From: Blepharisma stoltei ATCC 30299
Taxonomy: Eukaryota; Protista; Ciliophora
DNA: 64,000 nt
NCBI GenBank assembly: GCA_965603825.1
Contig: CBFDEM010000012.1
Location: 434,001 to 498,000 of the forward strand
Direction: 5' to 3'
Part shown: piece after piece, positions 49,049 through 61,532 of the stretch
Numbering within the stretch: position 1 is the stretch's first letter
Layout of the letters: each line of letters begins with the position of its first letter
The notes under the pieces: model-generated
What the model was told of the DNA's origin: nothing
The model's database searches: none
What the model saw: the letters and a program-made list of their open reading frames with translations, nothing else
Program-made: the position numbers and the translations under genes

Positions 49049-49813
49049 ATGTTAAGTAGAGCTTCTAAACTCTCTCAACTAATCAAAATCCCTAGGGCAG
49101 CATTTGCCGATGAGTGGTTCAGAGGAAACAGATACAGCGAAGACGGTGCACCTTTTTTTGAAACCCCAACAAGGCCTGGAAACTTCAGAGATGTGATGGA
49201 CTTTAAACTTAAGCTTGATAATTGGTTTGACGAAGCCCGTGAATTCAATGAAGAAGAATGGGAAGTCAAAAAAGCTCAGCTTTATATAGCAAACTGTATG
49301 GGAAACATCATGTGGGTAACTGGCTTCCAATATGCAGCAAGTTCTTGGGCACAAATCATTACAGGTTGGGTAAGATACTTCCCAGACAAATATATGGAAT
49401 TTGACATAGGTGAATTACCTCCTGGTGAAGTCATGCAGATTTCTTGGCATGGTGTTCCATTATTCATAAGAAGACTGACTAAAGAAGAGATGGAAGACGA
49501 AGGCAAGACTCCTCCACATACACTTATGGACACCTCTCATCAAGTAAGGATCACTGATGCTCCAAATTCAAAGGTGATGGTTCTCAACGCAAGATGCACA
49601 CATTTAGGATGTATTCCAATCCCATACATTGGAAAATATAAAGGATGGACTTGCATGTGCCATGGAAGTATTTTTGATAAATGGGGAAGAGTTAGGCAAG
49701 GACCAGCATTAGAAAACTTAAGATACCAAAACCATTCCTTGTATGGGAACATACTTTGCGTAGATCAGCTGCGCTATAATTATGAGCCCAGAAGGATCTG
49801 GATAGTTCAATAA
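49049..49813 (+). CDS. UQCRFS1: cytochrome bc1 Rieske iron-sulfur protein
   Basis: CTHLGC and CMCHGS boxes, WHGVPLFIRR, GRVRQGPA; presequence-like start. Confidence 0.95.
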   Translation: MLSRASKLSQLIKIPRAAFADEWFRGNRYSEDGAPFFETPTRPGNFRDVMDFKLKLDNWFDEAREFNEEEWEVKKAQLYIANCMGNIMWVTGFQYAASSWAQIITGWVRYFPDKYMEFDIGELPPGEVMQISWHGVPLFIRRLTKEEMEDEGKTPPHTLMDTSHQVRITDAPNSKVMVLNARCTHLGCIPIPYIGKYKGWTCMCHGSIFDKWGRVRQGPALENLRYQNHSLYGNILCVDQLRYNYEPRRIWIVQ

Positions 49814-50742
49814 ATAAATGGGTTTCCGTTAAACATAAATTATGATAATATATTGTGTTGACAATTATATCAGTAATGAATTGTGATAATAATAGGTACT
49901 GGAATAATATGATACGCTGGAGAATTTTATTTTAATATTTAAGATACCGAAATTGTTTTTAAAACTGGGGGTCTTTGTTCCTCACCTCAACATTCAAAAA
50001 ATATCTTGGCATGAAAATTAAACAGATGCAAATAGTCCAATTATTGTAAAATCTAAAATTTAGGAAAAAGTTGGATAAAGGCATTTTTGCTTATACTATA
50101 TCGACATTAAATATAATTTTGAATCAAAATATCTAATTTCATTAAAGACTGAGCACTATTATGATGCTATGCATTTTCATTATCAGAATAGGCATGAAAT
50201 GCTATGCTTAACTTCTTGCTTTATTAATTAGATATAACCTATTTATTTTTCGTCATTATTTTTGAATAATTAAATTCCTTAATATTCTTTTTAATAATCT
50301 TCAGAATTTATATCCGTATTTCTCCTCAATTCAATTCACCAATTTGTGCAAATGAAGGGTAAATTCATGAATTTTGAAACTTTCTTTCACAGCTTCATCA
50401 TCCAAAATCTAATAAATATCTAATCTACGATTGTTATAGACAGCAATCATCAATAATATCAATTTCATCTTCTCTTCATCATTCATATACTTGCTTGCTT
50501 AAGTTTATTAAGTTCTGAGAGTATGCCGTTGAGTTGAATCCAGTCCTAATCCTAAAAGTGAAGCAATTGTTTGATCTCTATGAAAATTTAAATAACTAAA
50601 TGGTTCTGTTCTATTCTGCTTTTCCTTCATTTAGCGCCACAAGAGTCTCGTTGTCTTATGCACGTATCTCTCAATTCTCATCATACAGTGGTTCAGCATA
50701 ATTTTTTACTCTATCATCAACATATACTTTTAGTTATATAAG

Positions 50743-51279
50743 CTATTTAGAAACATAATCCGCAAAGCTTTCTTTTGTGTAGCAATTAAACCCATCAACT
50801 CTAGTATCTTCAGATATTCTCCATTCTCTTATCGAAAAATGAGCAGAAATCAAAAGTCTTGCATTCCCATTCAATGCTCTAATAAGCATAGGCTTCAATT
50901 TGTCTATAGCTTCTGGCAGCAAATACAAATAAATAATTGTAGCTTCGCTAATATCGATATTCATAAAATCATCCTCAAGAATTCTAATCTTTTCACTCAA
51001 TCCCGATTTTTCAATTCTTTCTCTTCCTATAAGTACTAAATCATGATTTAATTCTACACCTATAGCACTTTTGCATCCAACATTGGCAGCTTCAAATAGA
51101 ACTCTACCATCTCCACAGCCTAAGTCAACTATAACATCTTTATCACATATCTTTGCAGCTAAAAACATTTCACGCACTTTTTCATCTACACTTGGCATAT
51201 AAGGGCACAGAAGACTTCCAGTATCTCATAAACCTTCTTCTGGAGGTAGCTCAGGGAAGGGTAAATCTGATTCTTCCAT
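50743..51279 (-). CDS. small class I SAM methyltransferase, paralogue of 12930-13484, 178 aa
   Basis: LCPYMPS, VDLGCGDGR, GVELN, YLYLLP; one TGA. Confidence 0.85.
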
Positions 51280-51361
51280 TTAACTTAAACAATTGATATA
51301 ATTCGTAAAAAATTAGATAAATTATTTATGGTACACTTTTAATTGTTTTGATCATTTTGGA

Positions 51362-51988
51362 CTAAAATAGGCTGCATCTTGAGCATATATTTTTACGCTT
51401 CTGAGTTTTGAGCTTCTCTTTTGCTTGCTTAGCTTTTTCTTTTGAGGGGTTTGAAAATAATGTATCAATTATATATTTAAAAATTTCATTTAGAGCTGCA
51501 GGATCACTTGCAGAGCATTTATAATACTTCATATCATATTCATTTGCATAATTTTTAATTTCATTTTTATAATTTTTCCCTTCCTCTCCAGTAATAAGAT
51601 CTTTTTTATTAACTAGAATAATTTTCAATACTTTTTTGAGCAGTTCTTCGTCTTTGGATCCAAAAATCGCATTCACTTTATCTTTTACATACCTAAGGCT
51701 CTGAACTCGGTCATCAACTACAAAAATAATAGCATCAACAGAATATCAATAAGCAGGAGTCAGCGTTGCTAATGACTCTTTTCCTGGAGGATCAAATATC
51801 ATAAGTCTGACCACCCGAGAATCATGCATTGAATTGCGAATTCTGCAGTCGACTGCTATTGTAGGCTTATGTTCACTTGGAAAGAAATTCTCAGTGGATT
51901 GAAGTAAAATTGATGTTTTCCCTACTCCTGATTTGCCAATTAACAAAACCTTGCAAAAGACTTTGAGAATCGGAAACTGAGAGTCCAT
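51362..51988 (-). CDS. divergent Rab-like small GTPase, 208 aa
   Basis: GKSGVGKT, PTIAVD, DPPGKE, NKKD, CSA, C-terminal CSRCSLF; one TGA. Confidence 0.85.
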
Positions 51989-52069
51989 GTTTAATAATTT
52001 AGAATATATTCATAAAAATTTTTTTCTTAACCTCTTAATTAAGACGATACTTAGTAAAACTATTTAATG

Positions 52070-53428
52070 TTAATTACTAACCCTTTGAATAAATCCTAAA
52101 ATATCTGACCTCAACGATAACGAATTAAAGCACTCTTTATACTCTTGCTTGATTTCTTTTATGTTTCTCTTAATATTTGACTCAAAAAGTCCTGTGTCAA
52201 TTTCTGGATCATTATGCTTATAATTTTCCAAATCCTGCAAAGCATCAACTTGTGCCTGCAAAATCAATGAAAGAGAATTGTCTTTCAAAATAAACGACTG
52301 CATCCCTGAGCAGGTCACAAAATTTGTTAGCACATTTGAGCTTAATGCAGCCATTGTGGTAATCCTAAACAGCTCATTTCTAAACTGCACATCAAATGGT
52401 TCATTGAATACATAATACATAAAATAAAAAAATTTGAAAATCAATTGTTGCCAATCAGGCATCCCTGAAACCATTTCATTTGGTCTAATTTTGCTTTTTT
52501 TAACTGCATAAGACCGAATATGTGTCGAAACTGCTGAAATGTAGTCAATTCCTTTATCAAGAAGAATTTTCCATTGGCTTGTTTTCGGGTCGAAAATGCT
52601 TATCCTTCTCTCATAATTATTTTTAGATACTCTTAGCAAGTCCTGGAAGCACTGAAAATGTATATTTTCATCATTTATTGTAAGGCCGCTTATAGCAAGC
52701 TGCTCTCCTATCGAGTTTTCATCATCTAGCAATGTTGGCTTAGCCAAAAAGTTTTTAAGCATTGTGGTTAAAATATAGTTGATATTAAAAACAATAGCTC
52801 CTATAGCGAAGTCTTGGTATATGAAATAAAAACTCATTTCGTAGGCTAATCTTAAATGAGTTACTGTTCAAAGAATGCTCATTAATATCAGGTTCGTTGC
52901 ACAAAAAAACAGTGACTTCATAAAAGATGATGGAATTTGCAGGGCAAGCCAATGTATCCGGCCATATGGTGGGTCATACCAGTAGACAATGTGCTCGTGT
53001 GCAGCAATAAATGCGATTGCTTCCATAAAGCCAAGCCCTATTGCTTGAAAATAGCTTCACGAGTCAAAATTCCTTATATAGGCAAATGAAAGCCCAAATT
53101 CTCGATAAAGCATTGGGAACACAATCATATTGATTGCTAAAAGTGCATGAAAAGGCTTCGGGGATGTGAAGAGCTTTCGAATTTCGTCTGAAGTTCTGCA
53201 AGAATCTGGAAAATTTGTTAGGGTTAGATACTTTACTAGGAGAATTAGGGCAAAGAGGCAGTAGACTTTGATGAACAGGGCTAATGAAGGACCTGCTGCT
53301 GGATACCCGAACATCAGTGGAGATATTGAGAGCAAAATGTAGATTAATGGAACACTCCAAAAAATATAAGAGCCTGTAAGTCACCTAAGGCTGAGGTTTA
53401 AAGTGTCTTGGCATGCTGTATCTTTCAT
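52070..53428 (-). CDS. multi-pass membrane protein, nucleoporin Ndc1-like, 452 aa
   Basis: N-terminal TMs then FQDL..S....RR..IF....W; frame open with three TGA. Confidence 0.6.
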
Positions 53429-53645
53429 TTTTAATTTATGAAGACTTAGGTATTTAGCTATGATGAAAATTGAATTCGCTTAATAAATAGTAATATATTT
53501 TATATTTATATCTAAATACTCTCTCCTAGGTACAGGTTCAACTGCTATAAATTAAATCTTATTGGATTGAGTGGCTAAAAGAAAATGGCTCGTTCTTTGA
53601 GGGTGAGGGAATTCATAATTATTCTAATTAAAATTATCTAATTCT

Positions 53646-55322
53646 TTAAGTATTTGCAATTGATGGGATACTATCCGCTACTTTCCTAAGATTTTCTGAA
53701 TAATCTCTGAGCAGCACTAAATACTCGCATGCTCTCTGCTGTGCTTCTACATCACTATCAAACGACAGTTGATGCAAAATAAATATCGCCGCTTCTTTAA
53801 CGTCTGCAATTTTCATTCCAACCTTAAAAATAGCATTCACAAAATAAAGCTTACACAAATTCGGCAAATTCTCTGACTGTAAATTTTCAAACAGCTCAGT
53901 AATGGCTTGAGGAGTCTCTTCAAGCATTTCACAATATTCTCCAACACACCATAGCGACAGCATCAGCAAAGACTGCTGCCTATGCCCAGCCTGCAACGCA
54001 TAGCAAAGTTTCTGTGAAGCATAAGCCTGTATGGTTTGAGTGCTTCTTATCATTTCAATGCAAGAATTAATCATGTCATCTGGGACTTCTTTGCTTAAAA
54101 TGCACACTTTTATCACCGTATCTAAATATCAATTCGGCTCTAACGGGAATAGGCATAGTGCCATTCCGATTTTCCTGACAATTCTCGATTGAAGTTTTTC
54201 ATTTGTCAGTAAGAAATTTAGATAAATTTTGAGGATTTCCGTGATATTAGAAGAAGTGAGCAGTTTAAAGGATAAGTCAAGGGCAGATAGACAGATTTCT
54301 TCGTTTGAGTCCTTCATGCAGTCTGAAATGGTGAAGGCTTGGATTTCAATCAGTTCTGGGTTTAAATCAGCAATTTGATGAAGGGTTCTTAGTGCTGCAA
54401 ATCTTAAATTAGGCTCTCGACTTGACAGCAGAGAGCTTACCATTGAGTTTCCAGCTGCCTTGAGCTCTTGTGAGCGTGATTTTAATAAAGTTATAGCAGA
54501 TTGATAATAAAGGCCTAATTTATCTTTCTTTTTGCTCATAGTGCTCAATGAGATTTTATATAATGCACTGTCAAGCTCTGCCGAAAACGCAGCAGGGTAA
54601 TAGCTGAGAAATTTCAAAATATTGGTTTGAAGAACAACATCACTTTTTATCTTGAAAAACCTTGATGTTAATAGCCCAACATATTTTTCTAAGGTTTCAA
54701 CATATTTACTATTTGTTTTTACAGCTTCCAAAAACATTTGAATGATGACACTAACACACTGGTCTATTAAAATTTCATTTATAGGTGCTAAAACTACGTC
54801 TATTAGATCTGGGCATTTTCTTAAAATGCATGCGCCAACAATTATAGCCTTCTTTTGCACTAAAGGAGTTCTATGATTAAACAATCGAACTACATCAGGT
54901 TCAAGGTCTCTACACATATCAGCTGTGCCAAAATTTGCAAGCCCAGCCAAAGCAAGTATGATAATAGTCGGATCATTTGATCGCAAATCTTGAAGTATTG
55001 TGTTCGTTGAGAGGATCAATAAATCTTGATTTCTGGCTGACAACTGGCTGATACCCAAATAGCCAATTCTTTTATGTGTCAAAATCTTTGATGTAGTTAA
55101 TCTCAAGCATTCAAAGCCACCAAAATCAACATTATAGTCAAGCATATCAATCATAATTAATTTCGCAATTGATCTAGCAATCACTGGTGGAGGAGTTTTT
55201 TGGTTTTGCAAGGACTGCCTTATAAACGCTTTTTCGTTTTCAACTACTGAACGCTCTTTAGCTGCTGTTTTGGCTTCTCGGAGATCTGTAATAAATTCTC
55301 TGAGAGACCTTTCACGCTTCAT
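53646..55322 (-). CDS. adaptin large subunit, AP-1 gamma-like trunk without ear domain, 558 aa
   Basis: LREFI..LR.AKT...ER, KRIGYLG, LSTNTILQDL, NLRFAAL, (TGA)YLDT, WCVGEY, EAQQRACEY. Confidence 0.85.
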
Positions 55323-55612
55323 TTATTTGATATATAAAAAGAAATGATAATAAGTTTTGCCTTCTCTATTAACTAATTAGGCTTCTTGTAATAATTCCCA
55401 TATGAATTAATTCAAATTAAATATTATTGCAATCTTCTTTTGTATTTCAGAGTTAGTTATTAAAATAGAATAATTTCTGAATAAAATCAATAATAAGAGA
55501 AATTAACCAAATTTACATAATAATTTTATATTTTTGCTTTTCCTTATTTTCTTAATAAAAACAACTTATAAACTGCCATTTATGGCATATCTCATATTTA
55601 ATTGCTTGGATT

Positions 55613-56836
55613 ATGATATTTTTGCTTCTCTTAAATATTGTGGCTGCAAAACTAGTATCAAACACGATATATTTCAGTGAAGAGCATCCATGGAAATATT
55701 TAACTAAATTTGCTGTTGATACTGGAATTACACATTGGCAATTAAAAGCCAAATTCGCAAAGCCTGAGAATAAAGAAAGCGCTGATAAAGTTGCCGCAGT
55801 TTTTTCTATCTACATCGACGACCAGCTAGAAGAAATTCTAAGTCTTCAAGACTGCAAAATGAAGGCTGAGCTAGGAAGGAGAAGGCAAAGGATCTTTATC
55901 CCAAGGAATGGAGATTGGGCAGAAATATCAGGCAGCTTTCCACAAAGAAAAACTCCTCATATATGGTATTTTTCCCTTTCTGACTGTGAAGGTGCTACTT
56001 ATGGTGAAAAACTTAAGGTTGAATTGCACATTACTGATGATTCAGGATCAGAATTTTCATTAGAAGATTATGGACTTATCTATTTATATCCTGTAGTTTT
56101 ACTCGCATTTCTCTTAGTTCTCTCCAAAAATCTTATGAGACTTATAGAAAATTTCAAAGCCACTGATGACATACAGCCCGCAGTGCTTATCCTTAATATT
56201 TCGATTGGATGTGAGTTTATAGGGATTATTAGTGAAATTATTCATTTATGAATATACTCAAATAATGGCCGAGGATTTTTTATTTTTGAATTTTTCTACC
56301 AAGCTCTTGACACTATTTCCGCTCTGCTTATCACAGTTTTGTTTATCATCATGGCTTCTGGCTGGACATTAAAATACAAAGACTTCCCAGAGCCTGACTT
56401 AGCAATACCAATTATTGTGACAATTATTATGCTTCATCTTGTGATTATTGGAGTAGGCTCAATCACAGAAGATTCTTATTATCATTTCAGTGATTATGAT
56501 GGCATAACTGGTGCTTTGCTTATTTTTGTGAGAGTTGCTTTATGGGCATGGTTTGTTTACTATATAAAATCGCTTTACGAATCAGTTAGAGGTGGAATGA
56601 TCGCATTTGTTCTTAATTTTTCAATTATTGTTTCAGCATATTTCTTGTCTTTACCAATACTTGTAGTAATTTCATGGATTTTTAAAACCTATCTCAGGAA
56701 TAAAATTGTTACTATTGGAGGATGCGTTATCCAAATAGCTGTATCTTCTTTCTTAACACATTTATTTAGTAAGAAGAGCCACTATTACAAAATATCAACC
56801 CTATCAGATAGCGTTTTACCAGGAAAAATTTTATAG
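55613..56836 (+). CDS. GPR180/TMEM145-like 7TM protein, 407 aa
   Basis: Signal peptide, WKYLTKF, WYFSLSDC, EFSLED, HL(TGA)IYSNNGRG, ASGWTL. Confidence 0.8.
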
Positions 56837-56855
56837 CTAATCTCTAACTAATATA

Positions 56856-58073
56856 ATGAAAATAATTAAGAAAAGATTTCTTAAAAGTGCCGATTATAAT
56901 AAAAACCACAAAAAGTATAAAAAATCCAAGTTCCAAAGAAAATCTTCTGATTTTAACAGCGTTTTCAAAGGGGTATTTAAAGGGACCAAAAAGGCTGTCA
57001 ATGAGTTCGCAGAAAAAATCAAAAAGAAATCAAGCGAGATTATAAATTTCCCAAAAATCAAAAAATCGTTCATCAGTGCTCTCAAATCTGGAGTTCATAA
57101 AGCCTTATCTTTGCTATCAAATCAGAAGCGATTTGTTGTGAATTTAAATGAGGACCCTGATATTCGTTGAAAAGAAATTATTGTTTCCAAAATGAAATAC
57201 ATCAAATTATTCACATACTTTGCTAAAGAAGAACTTGACAATTTTGAGATAAATTCAGCTTATAAAAAATTAAAAAAAGCTAATGTCAGTGATGAAATGA
57301 AAAAAGAACTGGCTGGCTTGTCAAAAATATCTGGAATTCCATATAAGTTTGTACTTGTTATGAATTTCATGTATGAATTTTACGCAGCGTGCACGGCAAT
57401 TGTGGTTAAAAATTCTGATAATAATTTGCTTATTGCTAGAAACCTTGACTATTATTTTGGGGAAATTATCGGAAATTTAGTCATTCATGTTGATTTTCAT
57501 AAAGATGGCCAACTTTTATACAGTGCGGTCACATTTGCAGGTTATATTGGAGTAATTACTGGCATAAAGCCAGGTGCATTTGCAATTGCAATGAACCAAA
57601 GAGATATTTTAGAAACTTCCACAATTTTAGATACTCTCAGAAAAGTTAATGGGCTAAATTCATCTGCTTTTGCTATCAGAGACGCTTTGGAAACTAAACA
57701 AAATTTTAAAGAAGCAACGGAATTTTTGAAAAATATTCCATTAATAGCAGGAGTTTATTATATAATCGCAGGATCAAATAGAGACGAAGCTGCTGTAATT
57801 ACGAGAAACAGACATGATGTGGATGATATTTGGAATTTTACTAAAAATAAGTGGTATCTTGTACAAACTAATTATGATCGTTGGCAGAACCCTCCAAAAG
57901 AAGATGACAGACTCCACCCTGCTCAAGAATTGTTAAATATTGTTGGGAAAAATTCAATTGATGAAGACTATCTTCTTCAAATCCTCTCAACACAGCCGAT
58001 CAAGAATGAATTTACTATACACTCCACCATCCTTGACCCATTGACAGGAAAAATAACGAACATTGTTTATTAA
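56856..58073 (+). CDS. acid ceramidase / NAAA family Ntn hydrolase, 405 aa
   Basis: NLNEDPDIR(TGA)KE, CTAIV nucleophile, ARNLDY, FAGYIG.ITG.KPG, VQTNYD.W, DDR. Confidence 0.9.
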
Positions 58074-58146
58074 CTATTCCAATAGACGAAATTATGTGAA
58101 TAAATAAAATTAATTAAATTGCGCATAAAATTTGTTATGTTTGGAA

Positions 58147-59121
58147 CTAGTCTACAAGGACATAGCTGCTTGGAAATTTCCCAATTTTATCATTTAGTTT
58201 GCCATTTCACCAGCCTTCTTCAAGCTGATGCAGTAAAGTTATTCTGTCTCCAGCTGAAAATTCCAAATGTTCAGGATGAGAGGGATGATAATCATATAAG
58301 GCAATTACACATATCTGTGATGATGGGGTTTTAGGCACCTCAGGAAAATATTGTTCATCATTAAAACTTCTAAATTTCCCAGTTTCAAACAAGCCACTTG
58401 TGTATTCTAAAACTTCTAAATGGTTTCCAGTTCCCTCCACTGCAATTTTTAATCTTTCATCCTTTTCTTGGTCTTTTAAAATATTTTCAATTGAAATATT
58501 TAAAAGATGTGAATTCTTCTCTATAAGGCTTGCAATCTTTTCTTCTATTTCTTTTGGAATTCTTGCGAATTCATCATGCTTTATTAGAGAGCCAAGAAAT
58601 TCTACTGTTTCAATAAATTCATTTTTAATTGAATTTAGTTCGTGTTGTAAGTTTTGAATTTGCAAAAATAAAGCTTCTTCTTTTTCTTTATGAGTTTCAT
58701 TTAAGGAGGTAATAAATAAGTTCAATCTTTCGACTTCGGCGTCTAAAGATTTTTGATCTGGAGAAGCGCTTTCTTCAGATTCACAAATAATTTGAGTATT
58801 TGAAGAAGTTAAGGTTTTGGTTGCTTTTTTAAGCGTTTTTTCAATGTCAATCAGTCTAGATGTCTGCGCTTCTTTTGGATCACTTTTTCGCTTATTAATT
58901 CACTTTGAGTAGTGGCCTCTATTAGAACCACTCAGAGGTCTTTTTTTCCCGTTTCCCTCCGCTCCAGCTCTTGGCTTGCTTTCCATCTGGACTTTCTTGT
59001 TTTGATAAGCTGTGAATGAATGGATGACGTAGCCAGATTTTGGTCCAGTTTCTTGCTTAGCTATTTCAAATCTTCTTTTTATTGAAGAATGGCTCTTGAT
59101 ACTTGGAAGATTATTTTCCAT
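58147..59121 (-). CDS. coiled-coil protein with C-terminal SH3 domain, 324 aa
   Basis: ALYDY....EHLEFSAGD....EGW(TGA)NG...IGKFPSSYV; stop TAG. Confidence 0.88.
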
Positions 59122-59337
59122 ATTAAGCTTGATATTTCTTTACTTTTAATTGCGGATTATTCTTAAGGTCTTTATTTTTATCTTAATTTGATTTCTTACA
59201 ATAATATAATACCTACAAGCACCTGGTAATATTAATCCTAATTATAATGTCTATGACTATTTTAAAGTTTACTGCAGCTAAATTAATCTATCGAATCATT
59301 TAAATTATAATTACTGTCGTTATAAAATCAAAAAATT

Positions 59338-60372
59338 ATGGACTTCATGACGCAACCAAAAACTAACAAAACATTAAGTGCGTTAGCAAAATTTTTCGAG
59401 AAAGAATCACTTGTTAAAGAATCTACTGATTGCGATGCTTTATTTTGTGCATTAGAAACTGTTGTTGACAGTTTTTACGAAAAAGGCAATTCTCAATTAT
59501 TAGAAAGCAGAACTCATAAAAATGAGATTGAAAGGGATTATGCTCAAACAACTGAATATTTCAATAAAAAATTAATCTGAATAGAAGAGCAAAGAAGAAA
59601 AAAATATGAATCTATCTCAAAATCCTTAAAAAATAAGCCAAATATAAACTCAGCATCCAAAAATTGCGTAAATATAATGCAGATTTCCAATTCTTCCAGG
59701 CCTTTGCATCAAAGAGTTGAAGAAGAACTTAAAAAGAAAAACGACAATTTAAAAAGCTTGCTAATGGAAAAAGAAATTGAAAGAAGAAAATATGAAGAAG
59801 AAAATGTTACCTTTAAGCCGCGAATTCATAGTGTCACACCTCCTAGAAACCAAAAACAGCTTGTAGAATTTCTTCATAACAGAAATAAAATAAAGACTAT
59901 AGCACAAAGAAAAGAAATTGAGGAGATAGAAAAAATATCCTTAAAGGACTTACAAGAGAAGCCAAATATTTCTCCAAGATCAGAAAAATTATCTGAAAAA
60001 TGATGCAAAACGCCAGTTGTAAATAGATTGCATTATAATAAAAAATCAAGTTCTCCTGATTTCTTTTCTGCTAAGCCTGAAATAAATCCTCAATCACAAA
60101 AATTAGCTCAAAATAGGAGTGAAAAAGTATTTTCAAGGCTCTATACGTCAAAATCTTCTTCAGACCTTATCAGGCAAAATTCTTTGCCTCCCTCTGAAAT
60201 GCAAGAACCTCAACCTTGGGATGGACCAATTGCTATAAGAGCTCGTAAACGCTCTAATAGTCCTTATAGAGTAAATACAGGTAAAGGCAGTGCACTTGAA
60301 AATAAATTTGTGGTCAATGAACTAGAGTGCAGCCAAAAATTAAGAAATATACTTAAAAAGCTAATAAAGTAA
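59338..60372 (+). CDS. hypothetical protein with TFKPxI / KPxIN..S.KL repeats, 344 aa
   Basis: Three in-frame ORFs joined across two TGA. Confidence 0.7.
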
Positions 60373-60533
60373 CAGAGAATAAAAGTTGTTAACTTTACTA
60401 TATCTTTGCCAAAGTCATAATGGGTATTATTGCATTTGCGTTAATTCAGCATTTAATAACTTCATTTTATTAGAACTTAATGTATCTTTTTTTACTTAAT
60501 ATGGCGTAAGCTGAAATTATTATTAGTTTTAAG

Positions 60534-61197
60534 ATGGAGACTCTTATTTTAGATAAACTACCAGAGAACATTACTAACTCTTAATAGACCAAAGGTCTTA
60601 AACGCTCAGTGAATCAGCTATCGGAAGATTCTGATATTCGGTGCATCATACCTAATTGCAATGGCAGAGTATTTTGTGCAGGAATCGATGCCAATTATAA
60701 GAGGTATCTTACAAAGTACCAACAGATCTGATGCTGAAAGAATAGGGATCCAAATAAGAGAGCAACTTAAAGTTTTGCAGGCTGTGTGATGCCATTGGAA
60801 AAATGTACAAAACCAGTTAGCTGTTATTCATGAATTATGTAAGAGGCAGGTCTTGACTTGATAACAGCTTGTGATATCAGAGTTTGCTCAGCTTACTTAC
60901 TTACTTAGAGAAATGACTTTTAAGGGAAAGATATAAAATATATTGAAGCTGCAAGCCACGGAATATTATCTAGATGTTTGGAAAGCAAAGAAAAAGAACT
61001 AGAGACTGCTTTAGAGCTGGCTAATGAAATTGCAGCAAAAATCCAAAGATCTAGTCGCTGTTAAAACCTCACGATTTTTCAAGAGGCCTCTCAGTTAATG
61101 AAGGATTGGAGTATAACTAATATAATGTTTTAGAAAATGTATCAAGAGCCATCATGGCGAAATATGTAGAGAACCAAAGCAATCCCCAAAATTATAA
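60534..61197 (+). pseudogene. decayed copy of the ECH1-like gene at 61533
   Basis: Collinear remnants: ATGGAGACTCTTAT, AATAGACCAAA, GAAAGCAAAGAAAAAG, GCTAATGAAATTGCA and terminal CCAAAATTATAA, with stops, frameshifts and deletions. Confidence 0.85.
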
Positions 61198-61275
61198 ATT
61201 TGAACTCCAAGCCAGGATTAGCTTGAATATCAGTCTATTTAATTTCATTACATTTTCTTAAAGAAATAATATTTC

Positions 61276-61467
61276 ATGAATAAAAAGCTTTATATCGTTC
61301 ATGAAGCTGGAAACTGGGGAAAACGAATAGCGAAAGGACTATCTCAGTGCAAAGCAGAAGGCTCAGTCTATTCATTTTGCGTAAGCCAGAACGGTCTTGG
61401 AGTCGAACACAACGCTTGCCATCAAGAATTTAAAGCATTACTTGATTGCATCAAGTCTAAAAGATAA
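61276..61467 (+). CDS. twin CX9C mitochondrial protein, NDUFAF8-like
   Basis: CKAEGSVYSFC and CHQEFKALLDC. Confidence 0.75.
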   Translation: MNKKLYIVHEAGNWGKRIAKGLSQCKAEGSVYSFCVSQNGLGVEHNACHQEFKALLDCIKSKR

Positions 61468-61532
61468 AATTGAAGCTTATTAATAAAAATAACTAAGTTT
61501 ATGGGCAATTAGCAGATTTAATAATTTCTCAA

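Noticed and set aside
49040-49051. Third apparent 6-bp head-to-head pair (CAT-TAATAA-ATG)
   Set aside because: The minus ATG at 49042 stops after 7 codons and only a 13-nt GT-AG is nearby; the neighbouring gene more likely starts at 48984.
50240-50725. Coding-like purine-rich minus-strand stretch, possible gene relic
   Set aside because: Multiple TAA/TAG in the frame I read and no recognisable parent gene.
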